A stretch of 64,000 bases of DNA from Sulfurimonas crateris (lineage in GTDB: Bacteria; Campylobacterota; Campylobacteria; Campylobacterales; Sulfurimonadaceae): positions 6,213 through 70,212 of the forward strand of contig CAMCYC010000005.1 in assembly GCA_945883795.1 (NCBI GenBank), written 5' to 3'. Shown one piece after another: positions 47,082 to 57,757 of the stretch. A program made the position numbers and the translations under genes. Under the pieces are notes generated by a model. The model did not search any database, was not told where the DNA came from, and saw nothing but the letters and a program-made list of their open reading frames with translations. Position 1 is the first letter of the stretch; every line of letters begins with the position of its first letter.

Positions 47082-47107
47082 AAGAACCTAGCATGTACTA
47101 GGTTCTT
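47082..47107 (-). terminator. hairpin terminator downstream of ccoG
   Basis: AAGAACCTAG-CATGTA-CTAGGTTCTT, a perfect 10-bp stem 5 nt after the ccoG stop. The T-tract is weak. Confidence 0.5.
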
Positions 47108-47111
47108 GTAT

Positions 47112-48623
47112 CTATTTTGCAGATTTTAAAAGGTCTTCTCTTGGGAAAGTAAATGTCGATTTTCTTAGAACAAATATTTCATTTTCATGACCTACCGCAT
47201 ATGCACGGATAGTTATTGGGATTACAGTATCTTTTCTTGGATCATCTACAAGTGTTTCTGTTGTTCTTAAAACAACTATTTTTTTCTTTTTAATTCCAGG
47301 AACTGCACTAAATTTTTGTGTTGGTTTAACAATAATAATTTTACCTTCCATACCTTGTGGGGGGATAATTTCAAAGAAAAATTCTAATGCTTCATTTTCA
47401 GTATTTTGGAGTAAAAATTCATAGGCATTATCAACTTGAACTTTTCCATCAGCTATTTTACTAATAGAATAAAGACGATTCTCTTTATTGATATTTAAAA
47501 GCATATGCTCTTTTGTACTTCCCATAAATGCCAATATAGTTGCTATGAAAATAAGTAACCCAATATAAGCTAAAATTTTAGGGCGGAAATACTTCGTTTT
47601 CCCCTTTTGGTCAATTATCTCATATTCACTTGACCATGAAACCAGAGTTGGTTTGCCTTGTTTTGCCATAACAGTTGTACAAACATCAACACATTCTAAA
47701 CAGTTGATACACTCTAATTGAAGCCCTTTACGAATATCAATATGAGTAGGACAAACGGCTACACAACTTTCACAGACAGCACATTCTGCACCTGGTTGGG
47801 CAGCTTGGAGCTCTTTTGGTTTTGAAAAAAGTTTATTATGATTGTCATCATAAATAATACCACCTCTATGTGGATCATACAAAGCCATAACGGTGTGCTC
47901 ATCATAAAGAACTGATTGAACCCTTGAATAAGGGCAAACATAGACACAAAAGTTTTCTTGCAAGAAAACAATATCGTAAATCAAGAAAGCAGCAATTACG
48001 ACAATCGTTCCAATTAAAGTGTAATGGTCAGACGGATTGGATAAATATGCGAAAAAGTCTTCAGGTGGAACAAAATACCATAATAAATCAGAAGCTGCTA
48101 TAGTAGCAAATAAAAATGCTAGAGCAATAGCTATCCCTTTTTTTACTTTATTTTCCATTTTAGTCATATCTGGTTCTTGTTGCTTGTTTTTAATTCTTTT
48201 ACGAAGACCTAAAACTGTTGTTTCAAGAAAATCACGATAGGCAACTCGAAATATTGTCTGAGGACATACCCAACCACAAAAAACCCGACCACCCAAAACA
48301 GTCATACCAAAGATAGTCAAAAACAAGAGCATCAGTAAAAACGGCATTAAATAAAGCTCTTGCATGTCAAATTGAATAAAAGCAAGGTGCAATTTCAATT
48401 TGTCAAAACTGAGTAAAAAGAAGTGATTGCCATTCACTTGAATCCATGGTAATATTAGTGTAAGTACTGTTGCAAATCCATAGACATAATAACGCTTGAT
48501 TCTCCAAGGCACTGGTATCTCACTACTTTTTTCAGCTGTTTCACATCTACTCTTATCCTCTTTTGACCTTGCTTGATCGACATCTATTCTATCTTCTTTT
48601 TTAATTACCATTGTTTTCTCCAA
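47112..48623 (-). CDS. ccoG: cbb3 oxidase accessory protein CcoG/FixG (polyferredoxin membrane protein)
   Basis: 503 aa. FCGWVCPQT, CVYVCPY, CAVCESCVAVCP and CINCLECVDVC motifs. C-terminal Ig-like domain. Confidence 0.88.
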   Translation of the reverse strand: MEKTMVIKKEDRIDVDQARSKEDKSRCETAEKSSEIPVPWRIKRYYVYGFATVLTLILPWIQVNGNHFFLLSFDKLKLHLAFIQFDMQELYLMPFLLMLLFLTIFGMTVLGGRVFCGWVCPQTIFRVAYRDFLETTVLGLRKRIKNKQQEPDMTKMENKVKKGIAIALAFLFATIAASDLLWYFVPPEDFFAYLSNPSDHYTLIGTIVVIAAFLIYDIVFLQENFCVYVCPYSRVQSVLYDEHTVMALYDPHRGGIIYDDNHNKLFSKPKELQAAQPGAECAVCESCVAVCPTHIDIRKGLQLECINCLECVDVCTTVMAKQGKPTLVSWSSEYEIIDQKGKTKYFRPKILAYIGLLIFIATILAFMGSTKEHMLLNINKENRLYSISKIADGKVQVDNAYEFLLQNTENEALEFFFEIIPPQGMEGKIIIVKPTQKFSAVPGIKKKKIVVLRTTETLVDDPRKDTVIPITIRAYAVGHENEIFVLRKSTFTFPREDLLKSAK

Positions 48624-48627
48624 TTAA

Positions 48628-49263
48628 TTAATTTGGACAAATAATCTTATCAATTACCTGTTTTTCTGCATTTTCATGAGTTTTAGATAGTAAAGACCCA
48701 AATGCGATTTGTTTTAATTCCCTTGATTCAATATAGTCTTTAAGGGAACTACGACTGACATGTAACTCTCGTGCCATTTCACTTACACTTTTTGACTCTT
48801 TGATAAAAGTTATTAGCTTATTGAAATGCTTGTCAAATTTAGAATTTGATTTGCTACCTAAAGGTCTCCCAATAAGCTTTTTTGACTCACTTTGTAGAGT
48901 TTGACGAAGCTGATCCATGAGACCTAAAACAAGCATAGAACTACTCTGTTGCGATATTATAACAGAGGGTTTAATAAAATGGACATTAAACTTATGTTTG
49001 AGTAAACAACTAAACATTTGAATAATATCTTCCATATCACTACTTAAAACCCACACATCAAAAACGAGAAGAGTGTCACCTTTATTATTTTGAAAATAAT
49101 CAGTAACATTTTTACGCTCAGAAAGCCTTTTATTTTTTGAAGTGTAATCTATAAATTCATCATCTATGAAAATATTATTCGATAAAGCATACGAGTTTAT
49201 AAACTGTAACTGCTCATGTGCTGCAGCAAAATTTTTATCTGAACGGATATAAGCAAGTACCAT
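48628..49263 (-). CDS. resolvase-fold protein with degenerate catalytic motifs plus a C-terminal HTH (probable regulator)
   Basis: 211 aa. MVLAYIRSD sits where serine recombinases have GYARVST. LLVFDVWVLSSDMEDIIQMF replaces LDRLGR. HTH segment KSVSEMARELHVSRSSLKDYI. Confidence 0.6.
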   Translation of the reverse strand: MVLAYIRSDKNFAAAHEQLQFINSYALSNNIFIDDEFIDYTSKNKRLSERKNVTDYFQNNKGDTLLVFDVWVLSSDMEDIIQMFSCLLKHKFNVHFIKPSVIISQQSSSMLVLGLMDQLRQTLQSESKKLIGRPLGSKSNSKFDKHFNKLITFIKESKSVSEMARELHVSRSSLKDYIESRELKQIAFGSLLSKTHENAEKQVIDKIICPN

Positions 49264-49454
49264 TAACGGATAAACTCCAATATTTTTTGAATTTAACCGT
49301 CATTGTACTCTTTATGACGATTTAAGTCAATATATTTTATTGTTTATTCGTCAAATACATTACATTTTTTATTTTTCAATGTACACTTCTAAAAAATTTT
49401 AATATAGTAGATAAAAAATGTTACATAAATATTAATTTATCAGTTTAGTCAAAT

Positions 49455-50258
49455 TTAATCGCTAACATTGATGAGTATAACTAAATAATTATCACTTGGA
49501 GCATCTTCTAAAAACACCTGATTGATATAAAGATTAAACTTTTGCTTTTCTAAGATACAAGTAAGTTCTAAATTTTCAACCAAACCATTTTGGAATGTCA
49601 ACGCAAATTCTTTCCACTCTGCTAATTCATTATTTTCAACTACTAGAGTTTGTATTTCATTTAAAAGAGTGTTTTTATTTCCAAAGCAATGATTAAAAAG
49701 TTCATTTGTTTCTAAGATAGTGTCATCTGTATCGATAATCGCTGTAATAAAAGGGATATTTTTTAGGATAGTTTTATATGATATATGAACTGCATGGGTT
49801 AATCTTTCATTGATATTTTTTTGTTGTAATAATTTCAACTCTTTGTCATTCTGAATTTTTGTTAAAACTTTTAAGAAGATGTGTAGCATCTTTTCTGGGT
49901 CAATAGGTTTGATTAAGAAATTCTCTACACCTATATCAATAGCAGTAACTAAATTTTGTGTATCACTATGTGCGGATATTACAATGGAATTGAGTTGTGG
50001 ATTTATCTCTTTCATAAGAGTGAGCATGTCAAGTCCATTCATGATTGGCATGGAAATATCTGTAAGAACCAAATCTATATATTGCGCTCTTGCTTTGAAG
50101 ATAGTAAATCCCTCTTCACCATTTTGGGCAATTCTAAAGTTTTTAATAAACTTACTTAATATTTTTATGGTTGCATTTCTTGCATCTTCATTATCTTCTA
50201 CATAAAGTATTTCAATTTCTTTGGATAATTCATTGAGTTTTTTAAGTGTTTCTAACAT
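49455..50258 (-). CDS. response regulator (REC plus a ~140-aa PAS-like or unknown output domain)
   Basis: 267 aa. ILYVEDNED, VLTDISMP and LIKPI REC motifs. No recognisable DNA-binding domain. Confidence 0.75.
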   Translation of the reverse strand: MLETLKKLNELSKEIEILYVEDNEDARNATIKILSKFIKNFRIAQNGEEGFTIFKARAQYIDLVLTDISMPIMNGLDMLTLMKEINPQLNSIVISAHSDTQNLVTAIDIGVENFLIKPIDPEKMLHIFLKVLTKIQNDKELKLLQQKNINERLTHAVHISYKTILKNIPFITAIIDTDDTILETNELFNHCFGNKNTLLNEIQTLVVENNELAEWKEFALTFQNGLVENLELTCILEKQKFNLYINQVFLEDAPSDNYLVILINVSD

Positions 50259-50259
50259 T

Positions 50260-52218
50260 TTATAGTGTCCTTATTTTTGGGATTTTTAGAGTAAATTTGG
50301 TACCTATTGTATTAGTTTCAAAGGAGAGTTCACCTAAGAGTTGCTCTATTGTTATTTTTTTACAAATACAGAGTCCAAGACCTGTCCCTTGACCTTTTTC
50401 TTTTGTGGTAAAGTATGCTTCAAATATTTTATGTTGTATCGCTTGGGGAATACCACCTGCATTATCGCTAATAGTAATAAAAACAAATTCATCTGTTTGT
50501 TTTACATCTATCTCTATAATTTTTTTTGCTAAAATTTCGTCTGAAAATGCATCTTTTGCATTATTGATGATATTAATAACTACTTGTTTTAAATAGTTTT
50601 CATAGCTTCGTAATATAAGTGTAGGGTCGCAATTATTAATAAATTTGATATTTTTTTTAAAGAGTTGTGATTCGAGCATTTGTTGGATTGAATTAAAAGT
50701 TTTTTCGATAAAAAACTCTTCAATCTCTTGACTAGGCTTTGAAAACTCCATAAAATCAGTAATTGTTTGTGACATACTTGTTGTTAATTTAATAATTTTT
50801 GAAGCAGAACTTTCGATATCTTCATATTCTCCTTGTAATTTTGCTTCTAAAGATATATTTCCTGCTTCTAAATTAATTATATTTAAGGGTTGTCGCCATT
50901 GATGTGCTATGGAATTAATAATCTCTCCCACAGCAGCATGTGCTGATTGAGCTTGGATTAAGAGGTCTTTTTCCCTATTTTTTTCAACTTCTTGAGTTAC
51001 TTTAGCTTCAAGTTCTTGTCTGTAGGTTATGAGTTCACTAATATCATGTCGCATTCCTAAAAACTCTATAATGTGATTTTTGTCATCTAAAATAGGGACA
51101 ATAGTTGCATATACCCAATAGGATGAGCCATCTTTTGCTCTATTTTTTAAAATCCCTTTCCAAATTTGTTGTTTTAATAGCGTTTCCCAGAGCTCTTTAT
51201 AGAAAGCTTTTGGCATGTCAGGATGCCTTACAATGTTATGATTTTTTCCTATGAGTTCCTCTTGTGTATAGTGTGATATTTTGCAAAATTCATCATTAAC
51301 AGAGGTAATCTTGCCATATACATCAGTTGTAGATAAAATTGTGCTCGCTTCTATCGCTTTTTTGTACTCTTTGAGAAGTTTCATTTGTTTAATGATTTCA
51401 CTTGTCTTTTGGGTAACTTTTTGTTCCAATGATATTTTATAGTTCATAAGTTCTGTAATGTCATGTCTGAAACTCACATATTCTTTAATGTTATTATTTT
51501 CATCTAAAATTGGTATTATCGTTGCATCAACCCAATAAAAACTTCCATCTTTTTTTTTATTTTGTACTTCCCCATGCCAAATTTTTTTCTTGTTAATTTT
51601 ATGCCATAGTTCTTTAAATACGCTAGGATTCATAGAACCTCTAACTATATTATGGGATTGTCCTAGTAATTCCTCTTTTGCATAACCACTTATTCTGCAA
51701 AAGGCTTCATTGACATAAGTGATATTACCATCTAAATCTGTTTTTGAAACAATAGAACTATAATCTATCGCTTTTTGGTATTGTTTGTATAGAAATAAGT
51801 TCTCTTGTAACTCTTGTGATAATTTTATCTTTTTACCTATTTTATAGATTAAGCTTAAAAATTGTTTGCTATTAATTGGTTTGAGGAGATAACCATCAAC
51901 ACCCAATTTAATACTATCCATAAAATAGTACGATTCGTCATTCGCAGATATAATTAAAATTGGGATATCCGCATCAATTTCTCTAATTTTACTTATCATC
52001 TCTATACCGTTTAAGTTTGGCATATTTATATCTGTAATAATAAGGTCTATATGATTATTTTGAAATTTTTCAAATCCATCTTTACCATCAACCGCAATAA
52101 TTATTTTCTTAAAAAATATTTTAAATAAAGTAATTGCAACTTCTCTAACGCTTTGGTCATCTTCTACATAAAGAAGTTCTAAATCTTGAGTGTATTGTTG
52201 TATTTTTATTGGGTCCAT
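50260..52218 (-). CDS. hybrid signalling protein: REC, two Aer-type PAS domains and a histidine kinase
   Basis: 652 aa. LLYVEDD/IITDINMP/LLKPI. PAS motifs SHNIVRGSMNPSVFKELW..FYWVDATIIPI and NHNIVRHPDMPKAFYKELW..SYWVYATIVPI. H-box IAHQWRQPLN. G boxes DNAGG and GTGLGL. Confidence 0.85.
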   Translation of the reverse strand: MDPIKIQQYTQDLELLYVEDDQSVREVAITLFKIFFKKIIIAVDGKDGFEKFQNNHIDLIITDINMPNLNGIEMISKIREIDADIPILIISANDESYYFMDSIKLGVDGYLLKPINSKQFLSLIYKIGKKIKLSQELQENLFLYKQYQKAIDYSSIVSKTDLDGNITYVNEAFCRISGYAKEELLGQSHNIVRGSMNPSVFKELWHKINKKKIWHGEVQNKKKDGSFYWVDATIIPILDENNNIKEYVSFRHDITELMNYKISLEQKVTQKTSEIIKQMKLLKEYKKAIEASTILSTTDVYGKITSVNDEFCKISHYTQEELIGKNHNIVRHPDMPKAFYKELWETLLKQQIWKGILKNRAKDGSSYWVYATIVPILDDKNHIIEFLGMRHDISELITYRQELEAKVTQEVEKNREKDLLIQAQSAHAAVGEIINSIAHQWRQPLNIINLEAGNISLEAKLQGEYEDIESSASKIIKLTTSMSQTITDFMEFSKPSQEIEEFFIEKTFNSIQQMLESQLFKKNIKFINNCDPTLILRSYENYLKQVVINIINNAKDAFSDEILAKKIIEIDVKQTDEFVFITISDNAGGIPQAIQHKIFEAYFTTKEKGQGTGLGLCICKKITIEQLLGELSFETNTIGTKFTLKIPKIRTL

Positions 52219-52235
52219 TGTTTTATTCCATTGTA

Positions 52236-54323
52236 TTAATCTAAACTATCAGGATATCTTGTAACACTGATTTTTGTTGGAGATGTTTGAAACTCTTGAT
52301 ATTCATCTTGAAAGCCCTTTTTTTGAAAAAGAGTTTTAAGAGAATTATCTAATCCAAAAAGATAATTATATTTTTCTAGCAACGATTTTCTTGCTAAATC
52401 GTGAAAATTTTTATCTTCTAGTTGTTTTAAATAGCCTATCTTCATGCAGTTATCAATTTTCATTTGTAATTCTTTAATTTGCAAATAAGGTTTTAATATA
52501 CAAACTGCTGATGCAATATTGCCTGTATCTCTATATTCAATTGCATTTTCCATCACCTTCTCAAATTTTTTATGAAATTGTTCAAAAATTGGTAAAAATG
52601 TTAAAAACATATGTTTTTCTATAAGGGTGTAAATATTTTGAATATCTTCTGATGCGATAAAATTTTCAAACTGATGTATTAAGTCTAAATGTTTTAACTC
52701 AGTTGTCGCATTTTGGGCATATTTAGGAAAGAGCAATAAAGAGATATAAGTAGTTCTCGCCTTTTGCATATTGTTTTCTTTTTGATAATTTAATGCTTTT
52801 GTATAAAGGTTCTTAGCTAAGTTATCAACTTTTGCATAAAGGAGTGTTTCTTTGAGAAAAGAAAATTGTTTTACAAGCATAAAATATTCTTCAAATTTTT
52901 GATGTTTGATATAGGTCTCTGCTTTAGAAAAAATGGCAGTATCAAAAAGTAATCGTTGTATTAAAGATTTTTTTTGAGGGATATTTTCATAAGTAGAGAG
53001 TATTTTTTTTGCTGTATCTTTACCTCGTAATGGGTCTTCTTCTAAGATTTTTTTTGCTTTTGCAAAAGTGATTTCCCATTGTTTTTCCAAGATTTCATAC
53101 ATCCCCAAACTTTGAATAATGTGATATTTATTGGCGAGTGCATAAGCCTTGGAAATATCATTTATTTCGATAACTTCTGCAAAACTAGCAATAATGTCAT
53201 TTTGTAAAAAGAGGGTATCAAAACTTTTTTTACACTCCTCAAAATCCATAAAAGGTGCAACAAGAGTAATCGCTTGTTCGTGTTCATTTTTTGTAATCAA
53301 ACATTTTGCTTTATCCAATACTTGGTTAAAGGCGAGTTTGAATTTCACAACGAGTTCATCTGTATATAAAAATGAGTTATATTCAAGAATCTCTTTGACT
53401 TTTTGGTATTCTTCTAATTTTAAGTGCAATGCAAATTCATCTTTTTTATTTTCCAAATCTATAGTGATAATGGTTGCATTGGTAAAACCTAAAATTAAAA
53501 TATTTCCTGCAATATCCATGGAAGTGACACCATAATCTTCTAATTCTAAGGTTTTAATAATTGTATTGGTAAAAGGATTAAGAAGATAGACATGGTTATC
53601 TCGTGTTGCGATAATCAAAAACTGTTTATTTATAGATAAAACAACTTGAGTCACCCATTGCGTAAAAATAGCATGGCAGTGAATTATCTCATTTATGACA
53701 CAGTCATAAATGATACTATTGCCATATCTATCAGCCATAAATAATTTTTTGTCATCATCAAAAAAAGATGCAAGTTCAATGGGATGTTTGTAATCAATAT
53801 CAATAGCTATATCGTTGGTTAAATTCAGAAGAATGTTTTTTTTATTAAAGTAACTGACAAAAAGAAATTTATTTTGAGAAGAAAAGATAGCATAGGAACA
53901 ATAATCTGCTTGATTATTAAAGACATATCGTGTAGTTTTTGTTTTGTGATTAAAGATATGTACTTTTCCCTTTGTGTCTGCACTCAGTATATAAGTGTCA
54001 TTTTGGCAAAAGGTGGTAAAAATAATATTTTCTTCAAAAAAGTTTGACCGAGAGATAGGAATTATCCTCTCTTTATAAGTAGCTAAAGCTAAAATATTTT
54101 CCGCAGGTATAGCAATGGTATGAGTAGAGATACTAAACGCATTACAAAAAGGGTGTTTTTGTTCACCATCTTTTGTAAGTCTTGTTTTTGTAAGAAGAGT
54201 AAATGAGTTATCAAAAATGTAAATAATATTTTGTGCATCTATAATAAAAATAGTATCTTTACTAAATTTAACCTCTAAAACGGCGCTCTTTAATTTGAAA
54301 TACTTGCGTGTAATATAGCCCAT
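52236..54323 (-). CDS. large hypothetical protein (N-terminal beta-propeller-like repeats, C-terminal alpha-helical repeat region)
   Basis: 695 aa. Uninterrupted ORF 17 nt upstream of the hybrid kinase. The first ~300 aa show repeating beta-strand-like blocks (IIYIFD, KVHIFN, HVYLLN, ATIITID). The rest is helical. I recognise no catalytic motif. Confidence 0.6.
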   Translation of the reverse strand: MGYITRKYFKLKSAVLEVKFSKDTIFIIDAQNIIYIFDNSFTLLTKTRLTKDGEQKHPFCNAFSISTHTIAIPAENILALATYKERIIPISRSNFFEENIIFTTFCQNDTYILSADTKGKVHIFNHKTKTTRYVFNNQADYCSYAIFSSQNKFLFVSYFNKKNILLNLTNDIAIDIDYKHPIELASFFDDDKKLFMADRYGNSIIYDCVINEIIHCHAIFTQWVTQVVLSINKQFLIIATRDNHVYLLNPFTNTIIKTLELEDYGVTSMDIAGNILILGFTNATIITIDLENKKDEFALHLKLEEYQKVKEILEYNSFLYTDELVVKFKLAFNQVLDKAKCLITKNEHEQAITLVAPFMDFEECKKSFDTLFLQNDIIASFAEVIEINDISKAYALANKYHIIQSLGMYEILEKQWEITFAKAKKILEEDPLRGKDTAKKILSTYENIPQKKSLIQRLLFDTAIFSKAETYIKHQKFEEYFMLVKQFSFLKETLLYAKVDNLAKNLYTKALNYQKENNMQKARTTYISLLLFPKYAQNATTELKHLDLIHQFENFIASEDIQNIYTLIEKHMFLTFLPIFEQFHKKFEKVMENAIEYRDTGNIASAVCILKPYLQIKELQMKIDNCMKIGYLKQLEDKNFHDLARKSLLEKYNYLFGLDNSLKTLFQKKGFQDEYQEFQTSPTKISVTRYPDSLD

Positions 54324-54541
54324 TCTAGTAAATCGTTATCATGTTATGTAATACCATTGTGAATATCCATATAATATTTTTAGACATTGTAGTATTTTAG
54401 TGTTGCAAATCTGTTGCAAAGTATTTAATTTCAAATAGAATTTTTATTTCTTATGTCCAAATGGAAGTTTCTTTTTTTGTCTAAAGTGTAGTCATATATT
54501 TACACTACTTCCAATCTATGAGAAAGAGGAAACTTACAAAA

Positions 54542-55621
54542 CTATTTATAATAATTTTTTAATCCTATCATATTTGAACCCATATTTAAAAGTACCATAT
54601 CAGCAATTACCAATGCCGCCATCGCTTCACAGACAATAGTTCCCCGAATAGCAACACATGGGTCATGTCTCCCTTTGAGGGAAAAATCAATCTCTTCATT
54701 CGTTGTTGTAACTGTGTGCTGTTCTTTAAAGATAGACGGAGTTGGTTTGAAGTAAACATTGACAATGATTGCATCACCATTACTGATACCGCCCAAAATT
54801 CCACCTGCATGATTAGACTCAAATCCAGAGGAGCGTATTTGGTCATTATTTTGTGAACCATGCAAAGATGCACTTAAAACTCCATCTCCAATTTCAACCG
54901 CTTTTACAGCATTTATTCCCATCATCGCATCTGCTAAAACCGCATCAAGTTTATAATAGAGTGGTTGTCCCAAGCCTTTTGGTGCACCTGTAATAAGAAC
55001 TCTTGCAACGCCTCCAACAGAGTCATGATTATTTTTTGCTTCTAAAATTAAAGCTTTTTGCGCTTCCTCTTTATTTGCATCAAGCGAGTAGATAAGGCTC
55101 TCTTTTGCCGCTTGATAATCATAGTTTTGCGATTTGAGACCTGCTACTTCACTGAGTCCACTTTGGATTGAGATATTCAGCTCAAAAAGCATAAGTTTTG
55201 CTATTGCACCAGCGGCTACTCTTGCTGCAGTTTCTCTAGCAGAGGAGCGACCACCACCACGGTAATCCCTGATTCCATATTTATAAAAGTAGGTAAAATC
55301 GGCATGACCTGGGCGAAAAATATCTTTGATATTTGAGTAATCTTTTGATTTTTGATTGGTGTTGTAGATAATCATGGCAATTGGGGTTCCTGTGCTTTTA
55401 CCCTCAAAAATACCACTTAATATTTCAACTTTATCATCCTCTTTTCTAGCAGTTTCAAATTCACTTTTGCCAGGTTTGCGTCTATCGAGTTCGCTTTGGA
55501 TAAACGCTTCATCAAGTGTTAATCCAGCGGGTACACCATCAACCAAACATCCAATTGCAGTTCCATGTGATTCGCCAAAAGTGCTAAATCTGAATTTTTG
55601 TCCAAAATTATTCACTAACAT
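54542..55621 (-). CDS. aroC: chorismate synthase
   Basis: 359 aa. [22 protein letters not shown] and RHDPCV motifs. Confidence 0.96.
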   Translation of the reverse strand: MLVNNFGQKFRFSTFGESHGTAIGCLVDGVPAGLTLDEAFIQSELDRRKPGKSEFETARKEDDKVEILSGIFEGKSTGTPIAMIIYNTNQKSKDYSNIKDIFRPGHADFTYFYKYGIRDYRGGGRSSARETAARVAAGAIAKLMLFELNISIQSGLSEVAGLKSQNYDYQAAKESLIYSLDANKEEAQKALILEAKNNHDSVGGVARVLITGAPKGLGQPLYYKLDAVLADAMMGINAVKAVEIGDGVLSASLHGSQNNDQIRSSGFESNHAGGILGGISNGDAIIVNVYFKPTPSIFKEQHTVTTTNEEIDFSLKGRHDPCVAIRGTIVCEAMAALVIADMVLLNMGSNMIGLKNYYK

Positions 55622-56297
55622 CCTCCTCTTGTAACAATTTAACTGTAAGTTTTGCCGCTTCTTGTTGCGCTATTTTTTTGCTTTTCCCACTCGCTCTTGC
55701 GTATTCTTTGCCATCAATTACTACTGCTACTTCAAACTCTTTGAGATGGTCAGGTCCTCTACTTGCTATTACTTTATAGTCAGGGGTAATACCTAGTCTT
55801 GCTTGCGTTAATTCTTGTAGAGTTGTTTTAAAATCTCTAAAAAGATAATCAAGTGAAATCTCTTTATGATTTTTTTCTATAAGCCCAATAGCAATATCAT
55901 TGACAACTTTTAAACCTGCTTCAAGATAAATAGCACCCATGAGAGCTTCAAAAGCGTTTGAAAGCAGAGATGCTTTTTCCCGTCCTCCATTATTTTCCTC
56001 TGCATTTGAGAGAAAAATATATCTGCCCAGATTGAGAGAACGAGCAAGTTTATCAAACCCACTTTCATTTACTAAAGAAGCTCGTATTTTTGAGAGTTTC
56101 CCCTCAGCTGATTTAGAAAACTTTGTAAATAAATATTCACCTACAATCAAGTCCAAAACAGCATCACCTAAAAATTCTAATCGCTCATTATCGTAGGGCT
56201 GCTTATAACTTTTGTGTGTCAGCGCTTCGATAAGGAGCTTTTTATCCTTAAATTCATACCTTAGCTTTTTTTCCAAAGCTCCAAGTTCACTTTCCAT
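55608..56297 (-). CDS. rnc: ribonuclease III
   Basis: 229 aa. [12 protein letters not shown] signature and a C-terminal dsRBD. Confidence 0.95.
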   Translation of the reverse strand: MESELGALEKKLRYEFKDKKLLIEALTHKSYKQPYDNERLEFLGDAVLDLIVGEYLFTKFSKSAEGKLSKIRASLVNESGFDKLARSLNLGRYIFLSNAEENNGGREKASLLSNAFEALMGAIYLEAGLKVVNDIAIGLIEKNHKEISLDYLFRDFKTTLQELTQARLGITPDYKVIASRGPDHLKEFEVAVVIDGKEYARASGKSKKIAQQEAAKLTVKLLQEEDVSE

Positions 56298-56736
56298 TTT
56301 TACCTTCCATAATCAAATCTTTTTCTTTTTGTGCGGCTTCTTTTGCAATTTTATCGCATCTTTCATTTTCTGTATGTCCGTCATGTCCACGCACCCAAAT
56401 TCCATTGATTTTGTGTAGTTGAGAAACTTCGATATATCTCTTCCATAAATCAGGATTTTTAACCTGCTTAAAATCTCTTTTTATCCACCCTTTAAGCCAT
56501 TCATTTATCCCTTTTATCACATACGATGAATCGGATATAACATCAACTTCACAAGGCTCTTTGAGTGCATACAAACCCTCGATTACCCCTAAAAGTTCCA
56601 TGCGATTGTTAGTAGTATGAGATGCTGAACCAAAGAGGATTTTTTCACTTTTTCCGTATCTCAAGATTGTTCCAAAACCACCTGGACCAGGATTGCCTAG
56701 AGCGCTTCCATCACTGAAAAGAGTTATTTTCTTCAC
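56287..56736 (-). CDS. rnhA: ribonuclease HI
   Basis: 149 aa. [22 protein letters not shown] and [12 protein letters not shown] motifs. Confidence 0.94.
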   Translation of the reverse strand: MKKITLFSDGSALGNPGPGGFGTILRYGKSEKILFGSASHTTNNRMELLGVIEGLYALKEPCEVDVISDSSYVIKGINEWLKGWIKRDFKQVKNPDLWKRYIEVSQLHKINGIWVRGHDGHTENERCDKIAKEAAQKEKDLIMEGKNGK

Positions 56737-57757
56737 TAAAATCCCTATGATAATCTTTTGTTAAAGTGTATTCTATTCGTGATGTATCAATAGCATGACA
56801 GTTTGTGCAACGGTAAAATGCAAAAGGATAAACCCGCTTACAGCTTGTGCAGACATAATCAAAACGGATAGTTGCACTTGCTTTTTTCTTTAAATTTATC
56901 AAAATGTCAAATTCAAAAATAGAACTTTTTGTAGCCAAATCAACATCTCCACGAGCAGTATAAAGCTCCCGTAAATAGCCATTCTTCGCAATTATATCCA
57001 AATCCAAATCTTTTTTATCCACATGCCAAAGTATATCACTTAAGAGTTCACTTTGAGAGTTATCCAAATGTTTCCATGCAAGCTCAGGATTTACACGAAA
57101 GAGATACTCAAAAATCAAGTAGGTTAATTGATGAGAATTTTCATACAATTTTAATAATCTCTTTGTTTTTTCTTCTATAGAAATTTTTGTATCATGCAAA
57201 GTGGATAAGCACTTTAAATATACAGTATCAGCGGAGATATCTTTATGTAACTCTTTGAGTGGTTCTAACACTTCAAGCGCAGATTTATAATCTCTCATGT
57301 ATTCATACACTAAAAGCAAATAATAAAGAACTTGTGGTGTTCGTGGATTATTTTTGAGAATTTCCAAAAATATCTGTTTGGCACGCTCTAAAAAACCTGC
57401 TTTAAAATAAGTTCTTCCCAACAAAAAGAGTGTTTCTTTGTAATTTTCTTCATTACATGATTGCAATAAAGCACTATATATCGTAATACATTTTTCGTAA
57501 TCACCACTTTTAAAATAGGAGTGTGCTAAAAGTAACCAAGATTTTTCAGACAATTCACCAGCTCTGATGAGCACATTTAATTCATTATCTGAGGATAAAG
57601 CATTGAATTGTTTGAGAAATTTGTTTAAATGTCTATAATCTCTCTTACTCTTAAAAGTTCCCCACCAATAGGAGAAAAACGCAATAACAAAGATGATTAC
57701 AAAGAAAATAATAACACTAAAAAGTGGGTCACGAAATTCTAAAAATAAACCATTCAT
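56711..57757 (-). CDS. TPR protein with an N-terminal TM helix and a C-terminal rubredoxin-like zinc ribbon (LapB/YciM-like)
   Basis: 348 aa. TM segment SVIIFFVIIFVIAFFSYWW, TPR repeats and CTSCKRVYPFAFYRCTNCH. Confidence 0.65.
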   Translation of the reverse strand: MNGLFLEFRDPLFSVIIFFVIIFVIAFFSYWWGTFKSKRDYRHLNKFLKQFNALSSDNELNVLIRAGELSEKSWLLLAHSYFKSGDYEKCITIYSALLQSCNEENYKETLFLLGRTYFKAGFLERAKQIFLEILKNNPRTPQVLYYLLLVYEYMRDYKSALEVLEPLKELHKDISADTVYLKCLSTLHDTKISIEEKTKRLLKLYENSHQLTYLIFEYLFRVNPELAWKHLDNSQSELLSDILWHVDKKDLDLDIIAKNGYLRELYTARGDVDLATKSSIFEFDILINLKKKASATIRFDYVCTSCKRVYPFAFYRCTNCHAIDTSRIEYTLTKDYHRDFSEENNSFQ

